Positions 1-7,607 of a DNA stretch of 64,000 bases are shown here, in pieces; within the stretch, counting starts at the first letter, position 1, and every line of letters starts with the position of its first letter. The stretch lies in assembly GCA_963848295.1 (NCBI GenBank), contig CAWKDB010000010.1, positions 1,984,001-2,048,000 of the forward strand. The letters are read 5' to 3'. Under the pieces are notes generated by a model. The model made no database searches, was not told the DNA's origin, and saw only the letters and a program-made list of their open reading frames with translations. The DNA comes from an uncultured delta proteobacterium. GTDB lineage: Bacteria; Myxococcota_A; Polyangia; Haliangiales; Haliangiaceae. A program made the position numbers and the translations under genes.

Positions 1-1160
1 CGCGCGAGCTCCTCGGTGCCGGCGTTGCCTCCGTACTGCTCGCGCATCGTCTCGCGGTTATCGAGCGAGTCGCTATGTTGCTTGTCGTAGAGCTCGACTT
101 GAAGGCGATGCTCGAGATCGGGCCGGCGCTCCGGCTTGACGCCGTACTCGCGCACGTTGTCGATCTTCAGCTCCATCGCGTTCAGATCGTCGTGAGCGAG
201 CTCGCGTTCGATCTCCTCGAGCGGCCTCTCGTCGCCCTCGGCCTTCGCGTTCAGTGCATCGTTCTGGAACTTGGCGAGCTCGGGCGCCTCGAGCATGTCC
301 TTGCCGTACTTGGCCTTGAACTCGGCTTCGTCGAACATCAGACCCTTGTTCGACTTGATCCCTTCGAGCACGGCGACGCGATCCTTGTCGCTGTCCGCGC
401 GGTGATACTCCGTCGCCGTGCTGAACTTGCCTTCGCTCCACAGCTCGGTGGTGCCGATCTCGTTGTCCGCTGCCTCTGCCTTGCGCTTCTCGCGGTCGTG
501 ATCTCGCGTGACGGCGAGCTGTTCCTCTACGAAGGCGTTGTCGCTGTGCCTATCGGTCTCGACGTACGACGCGTAGTGCGCGGCGAGCTGCTGGTCGACG
601 CCATGCTCGTCGACCTTCGTGGTGTCGCGCCCGGTGAGGATAGCCACCCCGCGTTGCTCGCTTGCATCGAGCTCGGTCGCCTTCGCGGCCAGGGCTTGTT
701 TCTCGGCCAGCGCGGCCGCTCGCTTCTGGGGATCGGTGCTCGACAGGTCCGGACTCGTGAGCGCGGTCTCGATCTCCTTCTGGTCGTTTTCGCGCATGCC
801 CTCGCGCAACGCGTAGGCGCGATCTTCGGCCCGTTCGCCGCGCAACAGCGCCGCGACCCGCATGTCGGTCGTATCGCCATCGTTGAACCGGTCCTTCAGT
901 AGCTCGTCGAACGTCTCGCCGCCCGTCGCGGCAGCTTGCCGGTCCCACGCGGTCCGAGCCGCTTTGATCTCCTCGGGCGGCATCTGCTCGAGCTCGCGGA
1001 GCACGTTGCTCGCCTTGCGGACGTCGTAGTTGTGGAGGCTCTGCGCGTCGATCTGCCCGTAGTCGCCGGTCTTCATACCGTCGCCGCGCTTCTTCAGCAT
1101 GTTCGCGATGTGAATGCCTTCGGCCGCCGCGCGGTCTCCGGCCGACAGCTTCAAGATCTC
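1..1160. repeat. Direct repeat, copy 1, of the middle of the polymorphic toxin gene (copy 2 = 5188..6347); runs off the left edge of the window
   Basis: Offset 5187 nt. ORF translations 73..441/5260..5628 and 527..880/5714..6067 are identical. One mismatch seen (1143 C vs 6330 T). The copies diverge after ...TCAAGATCTC. Confidence 0.97.
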
Positions 1161-1199
1161 CTCGCGGTTGTCCTCGGAGACTACGACCCCGCCCTGCAT
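1..1199 (-). CDS. Partial chimeric ORF: MQGGVVVSEDNRE fused in frame to the duplicated toxin middle (residues ~365-750 of the 1119-aa protein); open at the window edge
   Basis: ATG at 1199 is in the same frame as the toxin copy and reads ...EEILKLSAGDRAAAEGIHIANMLKK... with no stop down to position 1. Confidence 0.55.
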   Translation of the reverse strand, partial: MQGGVVVSEDNREEILKLSAGDRAAAEGIHIANMLKKRGDGMKTGDYGQIDAQSLHNYDVRKASNVLRELEQMPPEEIKAARTAWDRQAAATGGETFDELLKDRFNDGDTTDMRVAALLRGERAEDRAYALREGMRENDQKEIETALTSPDLSSTDPQKRAAALAEKQALAAKATELDASEQRGVAILTGRDTTKVDEHGVDQQLAAHYASYVETDRHSDNAFVEEQLAVTRDHDREKRKAEAADNEIGTTELWSEGKFSTATEYHRADSDKDRVAVLEGIKSNKGLMFDEAEFKAKYGKDMLEAPELAKFQNDALNAKAEGDERPLEEIERELAHDDLNAMELKIDNVREYGVKPERRPDLEHRLQVELYDKQHSDSLDNRETMREQYGGNAGTEELA

Positions 1200-1329
1200 C
1201 GCCCCGCACCCAATCGAGCGCGAGCGCCTTTGCGCCGCGCTGCCAGACCGTGCGGTCTGTCGCCTCCGTCGCGACCGGCACCGCTGACGACTCCACGTTC
1301 GCGTCTCGGATCAGCAGCGCGACGCTCAT
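1161..1329 (-). pseudogene. 5' part of a small immunity-like gene, frameshifted and interrupted by the duplication junction
   Basis: MSVALLIRDANVESSAVPVATEATDRTVWQRGAKALALDWV, then a 1-nt shift into AMQGGVVVSEDNREEIL. Lies in the toxin/immunity array. Family resemblance is from memory only. Confidence 0.4.
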
Positions 1330-1446
1330 CCCGCCGAACCGACCTGACGCTGCTCGATCATCGTCGGTGTGAGCACACGGATCCTCCAGAATTGTTTCGC
1401 TCCAACGTCTGGACCCGCTGCCACGAGGTTGCGACGCTGATCGCGA

Positions 1447-2763
1447 TCATGCGTCCTGGTGCAGCTCGAGTATCGGCGTGGTCGCGCCCGGAGGCATGCG
1501 AGCGAGCTTCGGCTCGAGCATGCAGATTATCGAGGATGCGATGACGTCTATCGCACCGTAGGCCTCGTCATCTTCACCGACGCGAATCCGATCCCACACG
1601 CCGTCCGCTTCGCGGCCGAGCTCGAGCAATGAGGTTCCAGATAGTCTCGGGCCGATCGGAGCCGAGTGCGGAAAGCCCCCCGCCGCGAGCGCGGCTAATG
1701 CGCGAGCGAACGTACCGATGACCAACGTGCCGTGCCACATACGCCGTGTACGATGCTCGTAACTCGCCTCGAATCGGTCATCGACATGGAGCAGGAGCTC
1801 GATCCTGCCGGAGTATGGGTTGTGTGGATTTCCATGGCAGTACGAGATCTGCGTGACGTTCATCGTTGCTTCGCGTCGCGCCGTGTCGACCAATCGGTCC
1901 GGGCCAGCCGTTCCCAGCGCCGGAACCAAGTCGCCGGCGACCGCCCCGGCGATCCGAATGATATCCCGATATCGACTGCTCGCCATCGGCGCGTCGAGTT
2001 GGCCTCGCGCACCATCACGCGTGCACGCGATCGCAATGACGTCTCCCTCATGCGGCGCCGCAGGTGCCGGAAAGCCGGCGAGCTCCATCGCGCCGACTGC
2101 GCGCTCCCACGTTCCTGCGACGAGGGTCCCACGCCAAACTTTGTCATCGCAGCGCAGCTCGAATGCGCCGCGCGTGAACGAAACGCTCGCGACCGGACCA
2201 CGCGTCTCGATCCTCGTGGTGCGCGCGAGCTCGGTCTCACTCGCGCGATCGGCGCCAGTCTCGCGCATGGCAGCGTCGAGTCGCTTCCAATCGATTCCAT
2301 CTTCGACCGGATGATCAAGCGACGATGCAGGCTTCGGCCGACCGACGGCGTTAGGCAAATACACGGTGAAGAACTGACTGTAGGCGACGCTGCGCACCAT
2401 TGTGGGTTGCGTATCGTCGATCACGAGCTGATATAGGTGGCGCAAGGTCGAAGGGGCGCGCGCGGCTCTGTCATATGCAGCCCATGCCAGAACGGCAACC
2501 GCGCGCGTTGCGACATCCGGCTCCTCGCGCATCATCTGCTCAGCGACTTCGCGATAGGCAGAGATCTGCCAATAGAACCCCAGCGTACGAATCGCCGCGG
2601 AGCGGAGCTCAGGATCCTCGTCGTGCAGATACTCGGCGATGACGGGCGCGAGGTTTGTTAGTGACGCCTTGCCAATCGCGATGATCGCGCTGTAGCGATC
2701 CCCCGAGGTCTTCGCGTCGCGTAGCGCGGCGAGCGCGGCCGTTTCGTCCGCCGTCATCGTCAT
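1447..2763 (-). CDS. HEAT-repeat protein, probable immunity protein of the Ntox28-like toxin, fused to two copies of an uncharacterised domain
   Basis: ATG at 2763 overlaps the toxin TGA (ATGA). HEAT motifs LHDEDPELRSAAIRTLG and EPDVATRAVAVLA. The C-terminal half has two WxGTLVxGTxxRAxxAxxxxGFP units. Confidence 0.8.
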   Translation of the reverse strand: MTMTADETAALAALRDAKTSGDRYSAIIAIGKASLTNLAPVIAEYLHDEDPELRSAAIRTLGFYWQISAYREVAEQMMREEPDVATRAVAVLAWAAYDRAARAPSTLRHLYQLVIDDTQPTMVRSVAYSQFFTVYLPNAVGRPKPASSLDHPVEDGIDWKRLDAAMRETGADRASETELARTTRIETRGPVASVSFTRGAFELRCDDKVWRGTLVAGTWERAVGAMELAGFPAPAAPHEGDVIAIACTRDGARGQLDAPMASSRYRDIIRIAGAVAGDLVPALGTAGPDRLVDTARREATMNVTQISYCHGNPHNPYSGRIELLLHVDDRFEASYEHRTRRMWHGTLVIGTFARALAALAAGGFPHSAPIGPRLSGTSLLELGREADGVWDRIRVGEDDEAYGAIDVIASSIICMLEPKLARMPPGATTPILELHQDA

Positions 2764-3443
2764 ATCTTCGACTTGACTGTATCGAGGAACTTGGAATATC
2801 GCGACAGCCAAGCCTGGAGCAGTTCGCGCTCGCCGTAGCCACCCACCGCGGCGTCGACTCGGCCCAGTTCGTCCTTCACGGTCGCGATCGCGTTGAGCAC
2901 ACCTTCGCGAGCGGTCTCAACTTCCGCAACGTGGTCATACACGCGTCCCACCGCATTCGTGATCTCGACTCCTCGCTCCTCCTTGATCACCGCGGCCAGG
3001 TCATCGGGCTTCATGTGATCGCGAACCGCGTTCTCGGCGCGTCGCAAGATGTTCTGCATCGCCTCTGGTAGCGCCGAGAGGTCAGCTTCGCGCGAAATTC
3101 TGAGCACTCGATTGCGCTCGGTCGCGGCTTGCTCGAGGCTGCGCTGCTCGTCACTCGTCAGGGGCTGCGGCAGGGTCTTGCCGGTATTCGAGAGCTGTGA
3201 CTCGGGCAGGCCGAGCGTCTTCGGCCCTCGGGGTTCGGTTCCGGCGACCAGCGTCTCTTGGGGCTCGGCGGCAGCGTTGACGTCGTTGAACTCGGGTGGT
3301 GCAACCGCGACCATCGGCTGCGTGACCTTGCTAGCCGCGGCCTCGCTCCGGCGCGTACTCTCGATGTCGCCGCCGATCTGCTCGATGTGCCGCGGCCTGA
3401 TAGAAGCGGCTTTCTGACCCTCCACAGGGAAGTTGCCCATCAA
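2760..3443 (-). CDS. Orphan toxin C-terminal cassette, Ntox28-like (predicted RNase/tRNase)
   Basis: ENAVRDHMKPDDLAAVIKEERG...GRVYDHVAEVETAREGVLNAI...LSRYSKFLD fits the DH-x3-D / DHxxEV pattern of Ntox28. Preceded by an A/E/P-rich linker and followed by a HEAT gene. Confidence 0.78.
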   Translation of the reverse strand: MMGNFPVEGQKAASIRPRHIEQIGGDIESTRRSEAAASKVTQPMVAVAPPEFNDVNAAAEPQETLVAGTEPRGPKTLGLPESQLSNTGKTLPQPLTSDEQRSLEQAATERNRVLRISREADLSALPEAMQNILRRAENAVRDHMKPDDLAAVIKEERGVEITNAVGRVYDHVAEVETAREGVLNAIATVKDELGRVDAAVGGYGERELLQAWLSRYSKFLDTVKSKI

Positions 3444-3789
3444 GCTGTGGTCAGTGAATACAGCGCGCCCAGGCGAATCGGCGAGATCAACGTATTCGTC
3501 GAACCCGACGAGACTGGGGCAATTGGCGCAACGCGCGGGAATCCTGCGTCACTGACCGCGGCAGTCGCGCGATCAAATGTTCCGCGCACCAACGTTCCGC
3601 GCCAACTCGTTCGCTTCTTGCGATGCTCGTAACTCGCCTCGAATCGATCGTCCGCGTAAAGCCTGAGCTCGAACCTGCGCGAACTCGGTCTGGAGCCGGT
3701 GCTCGAGGTCGGGCCGGCGCTCCGGCTGCACAACCGCGGCCGTATCCGCGGTTCCATCGGCGTGCTGGTTCGTTACGGCTTCGGCTTCG
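3444..3789 (-). pseudogene. Mosaic of gene remnants: a toxin-carrier paralog fragment and a fragment of the immunity-associated domain
   Basis: VQPERRPDLEHRLQTE matches toxin VKPERRPDLEHRLQVE. In another frame, FELRLYADDRFEASYEHRKKRTSWRGTLVRGTFDRA matches IELLLHVDDRFEASYEHRTRRMWHGTLVIGTFARA of 1447..2763. Confidence 0.75.
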
Positions 3790-4083
3790 TCACCGATTCT
3801 CGCCGTCTCGGTCGACTGGGGGCGTTGATTCTGCGTCAACGATTGTCGCCCCATTGAGAAGCGCAAGGGCGAACCCCGGGGCAGCGATCGTCAGTGTGTA
3901 TTCATTCGAAGTCTTAGGTGGGTCCACGAAAGCGACTGTTCGTATGACTATCGGGAGCGAGCCTTCGCGCGTCTGTGCCGTCGCGGCGATCCCGTGGCGG
4001 AGAGCTCCGCTTTCGAGTACTCCAGTTACCGTGTCGACGCCGGCAATTCTGGATACTTGCTTGACAACGAAACGGAGGCTCAT
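3790..4083 (-). CDS. Probable cognate immunity protein (97 aa, predicted beta-rich, EF-Tu domain II-like N-terminus)
   Basis: ATGA overlap with the toxin stop. Small and visibly more AT-rich than the flanks. FVVKQVSRIAGVDTVTGVLESGALRHG. Confidence 0.7.
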   Translation of the reverse strand: MSLRFVVKQVSRIAGVDTVTGVLESGALRHGIAATAQTREGSLPIVIRTVAFVDPPKTSNEYTLTIAAPGFALALLNGATIVDAESTPPVDRDGENR

Positions 4084-7000
4084 CGTGGTGCCTGCTCCTT
4101 CGCGAGTGTCTCTCGTAAGCGCCGCAGTCGCGCGATTGTCTGACGGGTTTCCACCGGCGAAATCCCGTACTGCCTACGGTTGCGAATCAGCTTTTCCGCC
4201 GCCTCGATCTCCATCTCAGTCACGTTGGCGCCGGTCGCCCGCCCGGTGCGATACTGCGCGGTGTGAATGAACTCCTCGAACGTCTCCGAGGCGGTTGGCT
4301 GGGGACGTAGCACCATGGTCTTCGCATTGAGTGTGACGGCACTGGCCTCGCGCGCTTCAAGATATGCTTGGGCTTCCGCATCCTGGGCGAGAACACCGCC
4401 CTGTCGTTCGAAGGCCCGTTTCATCTTTCCGAATCGCTCGGCGTCCATCGCGGGGCCGTCGATCGGCTCGCTCGTCATCCCTGCATCGAGGTCGTAGCCG
4501 CTCTGCGACCGATCTATCGTTGCCTCGACCTCCCACTCGTCCCCCGAGACCTCGGCGGGATCCTCGGGCACGCGGGTCGCTGAACCCTCGAGCGCCGTCT
4601 CGGTCTTCGCCGCGTCGGCCGCCTCGCCCGGCATGCGCGGTGCGCTGTCCGCGAGCTCCGCGTCGCCCGCGACTTCCTGAACGCCTTTATCGACGATCTC
4701 GGCCTTTGCCTCTTGAGTCGCGCCGTGCTCGACGAGCTCGCCTGCGGTCTTCTCGCCGATTTCGACTGCATCACCGCCGATCGCGCCGACCTTGCGCATC
4801 TGGGCGAACCTGGCGACGCCCACGGTCGCGAGATCGACGACGGCGTCGATCGCCAGCAACTTCGTATCGTCGGCCGGGTCGTAGGCTTCGCCCGCGACGG
4901 ACTTCTTGATCGCCATCGTCGCGAGCCCGGACGCGATGTCGATGAGCGCAAACAGCTCCGGCTGCGCCGTTAGTAGCGCGGCGATCTTCGCGATCGTCGC
5001 GAAGATGTGACCGAGGTGTTCGCCGAGCTTGATCTTCTCCTCGCGCTGAACGTCGAGCGTTTGCGCGAGGTTCTGGTCGATCTCGCGGAACTCGGCGTCG
5101 GAGACTCCCGACTTGAGCTCGCGCGGTCCCAGGCCGAACGGATCCGCCGCCGGTCGAAGCATGTCGTCTTGAACGAGCAGCTGCTCGCGCGCGAGCTCCT
5201 CGGTGCCGGCGTTGCCTCCGTACTGCTCGCGCATCGTCTCGCGGTTATCGAGCGAGTCGCTATGTTGCTTGTCGTAGAGCTCGACTTGAAGGCGATGCTC
5301 GAGATCGGGCCGGCGCTCCGGCTTGACGCCGTACTCGCGCACGTTGTCGATCTTCAGCTCCATCGCGTTCAGATCGTCGTGAGCGAGCTCGCGTTCGATC
5401 TCCTCGAGCGGCCTCTCGTCGCCCTCGGCCTTCGCGTTCAGTGCATCGTTCTGGAACTTGGCGAGCTCGGGCGCCTCGAGCATGTCCTTGCCGTACTTGG
5501 CCTTGAACTCGGCTTCGTCGAACATCAGACCCTTGTTCGACTTGATCCCTTCGAGCACGGCGACGCGATCCTTGTCGCTGTCCGCGCGGTGATACTCCGT
5601 CGCCGTGCTGAACTTGCCTTCGCTCCACAGCTCGGTGGTGCCGATCTCGTTGTCCGCTGCCTCTGCCTTGCGCTTCTCGCGGTCGTGATCTCGCGTGACG
5701 GCGAGCTGTTCCTCTACGAAGGCGTTGTCGCTGTGCCTATCGGTCTCGACGTACGACGCGTAGTGCGCGGCGAGCTGCTGGTCGACGCCATGCTCGTCGA
5801 CCTTCGTGGTGTCGCGCCCGGTGAGGATAGCCACCCCGCGTTGCTCGCTTGCATCGAGCTCGGTCGCCTTCGCGGCCAGGGCTTGTTTCTCGGCCAGCGC
5901 GGCCGCTCGCTTCTGGGGATCGGTGCTCGACAGGTCCGGACTCGTGAGCGCGGTCTCGATCTCCTTCTGGTCGTTTTCGCGCATGCCCTCGCGCAACGCG
6001 TAGGCGCGATCTTCGGCCCGTTCGCCGCGCAACAGCGCCGCGACCCGCATGTCGGTCGTATCGCCATCGTTGAACCGGTCCTTCAGTAGCTCGTCGAACG
6101 TCTCGCCGCCCGTCGCGGCAGCTTGCCGGTCCCACGCGGTCCGAGCCGCTTTGATCTCCTCGGGCGGCATCTGCTCGAGCTCGCGGAGCACGTTGCTCGC
6201 CTTGCGGACGTCGTAGTTGTGGAGGCTCTGCGCGTCGATCTGCCCGTAGTCGCCGGTCTTCATACCGTCGCCGCGCTTCTTCAGCATGTTCGCGATGTGA
6301 ATGCCTTCGGCCGCCGCGCGGTCTCCGGCTGACAGCTTCAAGATCTCGTCCCGATCGGCGCCGGGCGCGATTCGGACAGCAGCCCACTCGGGCCCGAGCA
6401 TCCACTGGCGCTGAGCTGCTTCCGCGAGCTGCGCAGGGGTGAGACCGCGTAATACTTCCTTGATCCGCTCGACGTCATCCCCGGCGTTGATCACGCCGAT
6501 CACCGCTGCGTGGACCGGATCGCCGCTGAGCCCGGCAACCGCTTCATCCTCGTTGCCTTTCGAGAGCGACTTGTCGAGCTCCTCGTAGATCGTGTGATCC
6601 CCATGGGTGTTCTTCCGGATCGCCGCGCGGATCATCTCGATCTCTTCGGGCGTGCGTGGGCCGAGTACTCGGGCGATCTTCTGCGCTTGGTCGTCGTCGT
6701 TCGCGTCGTCGGTACGAGTCACCGCGAGGACCTGCTCGGCCCACGCATTCGCCTGGGTGGCGAGTGCCGCGCGCGCGGTGGGGTTCATCTTCTCGAGCGC
6801 ATGCTCGGTCGCGTCGCGGTCGTCCGAGATCATGTCGAGCGCCTGCGCTTGGTCGCGGTTGCCGTGCCAGTCCGCTTTATCGATGAAATCGCGAAGCGAT
6901 ACGCCGGTCATCTGCTGGAACTTCGCCATCATCTTGTGGCGAACCAGCGGGTCATCGACACGATCGAGGACGTTCAGGAACTGCCAACGCGCGGCCTTGT

Positions 7001-7439
7001 GGTCGGTGTCGTCCTTTGCGGACACGAGGGTCGCGGCAAACGTGGTCGCTTGCAGGTCAGCAAGCTGGTCGCGGACCTGAGCCTTCACCTCTTCGTCGTG
7101 CGCGTGCTGCTCGGCCCCGGCGTCGACCGCCGCCTGTCGAGTCGCGGCCGCTACGCCAGGGTGCTCGGCAGCCTTCGCGGCGCTCGCCTGAATGACCTGC
7201 TGGACGTAGCCATTACCGAGTGAGCGGTGGAGGACCTCGATCATCTGTGCGTGCTCGCGCGGATACTCTTCGAGCAGGTGCGCGACCGTTGGGGGCGCCG
7301 GTCGCCCGCCGGCGATCAGCGCTCGCAGTCGCGCCGCACCGGAGCCCGTTGCGGGGGTCGGCTCGTGTTCGTGCTCCGCAGAGGGCGCGTTCGTCTCGGC
7401 ACGTTGCCCCGCGGAATGATCAGCACCGACCCCAGCCAC
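4080..7439 (-). CDS. Polymorphic toxin, 1119 aa: N-terminal LHxSxGNxxVQxVI module, annexin-like repeats, hydrophobic hairpin, acidic linker, C-terminal zincin-like (Tox-MPTase-like) tip
   Basis: Long ORF with TAGATT 8 nt before the GTG. Tip reads KRAFERQGG...TLNAKTMVLRPQPTASETFEEFIHTAQYRTG...EIEAAEKLIRN. Followed by a small coupled gene and an orphan toxin/immunity pair. Confidence 0.82.
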   Translation of the reverse strand: MAGVGADHSAGQRAETNAPSAEHEHEPTPATGSGAARLRALIAGGRPAPPTVAHLLEEYPREHAQMIEVLHRSLGNGYVQQVIQASAAKAAEHPGVAAATRQAAVDAGAEQHAHDEEVKAQVRDQLADLQATTFAATLVSAKDDTDHKAARWQFLNVLDRVDDPLVRHKMMAKFQQMTGVSLRDFIDKADWHGNRDQAQALDMISDDRDATEHALEKMNPTARAALATQANAWAEQVLAVTRTDDANDDDQAQKIARVLGPRTPEEIEMIRAAIRKNTHGDHTIYEELDKSLSKGNEDEAVAGLSGDPVHAAVIGVINAGDDVERIKEVLRGLTPAQLAEAAQRQWMLGPEWAAVRIAPGADRDEILKLSAGDRAAAEGIHIANMLKKRGDGMKTGDYGQIDAQSLHNYDVRKASNVLRELEQMPPEEIKAARTAWDRQAAATGGETFDELLKDRFNDGDTTDMRVAALLRGERAEDRAYALREGMRENDQKEIETALTSPDLSSTDPQKRAAALAEKQALAAKATELDASEQRGVAILTGRDTTKVDEHGVDQQLAAHYASYVETDRHSDNAFVEEQLAVTRDHDREKRKAEAADNEIGTTELWSEGKFSTATEYHRADSDKDRVAVLEGIKSNKGLMFDEAEFKAKYGKDMLEAPELAKFQNDALNAKAEGDERPLEEIERELAHDDLNAMELKIDNVREYGVKPERRPDLEHRLQVELYDKQHSDSLDNRETMREQYGGNAGTEELAREQLLVQDDMLRPAADPFGLGPRELKSGVSDAEFREIDQNLAQTLDVQREEKIKLGEHLGHIFATIAKIAALLTAQPELFALIDIASGLATMAIKKSVAGEAYDPADDTKLLAIDAVVDLATVGVARFAQMRKVGAIGGDAVEIGEKTAGELVEHGATQEAKAEIVDKGVQEVAGDAELADSAPRMPGEAADAAKTETALEGSATRVPEDPAEVSGDEWEVEATIDRSQSGYDLDAGMTSEPIDGPAMDAERFGKMKRAFERQGGVLAQDAEAQAYLEAREASAVTLNAKTMVLRPQPTASETFEEFIHTAQYRTGRATGANVTEMEIEAAEKLIRNRRQYGISPVETRQTIARLRRLRETLAKEQAPR
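5188..6347. repeat. Direct repeat, copy 2 (inside the toxin gene)
   Basis: Matches 1..1160 with one observed mismatch. Confidence 0.97.
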
Positions 7440-7607
7440 AGCTCATCAATCTACGTGGCTGGTGGCTGAAATCAACCCACCTAAGTCGCCGAGCTGATCG
7501 TCGACGTAAATACCTTGCGAACGTGTACCGGTGGCTCTCAGCTGGCTGCAGTCGCTGTCCCAGATTGTGGCACCCGGAGAGGCGTCGTTCGCGCCACGTT
7601 CGCCCGG

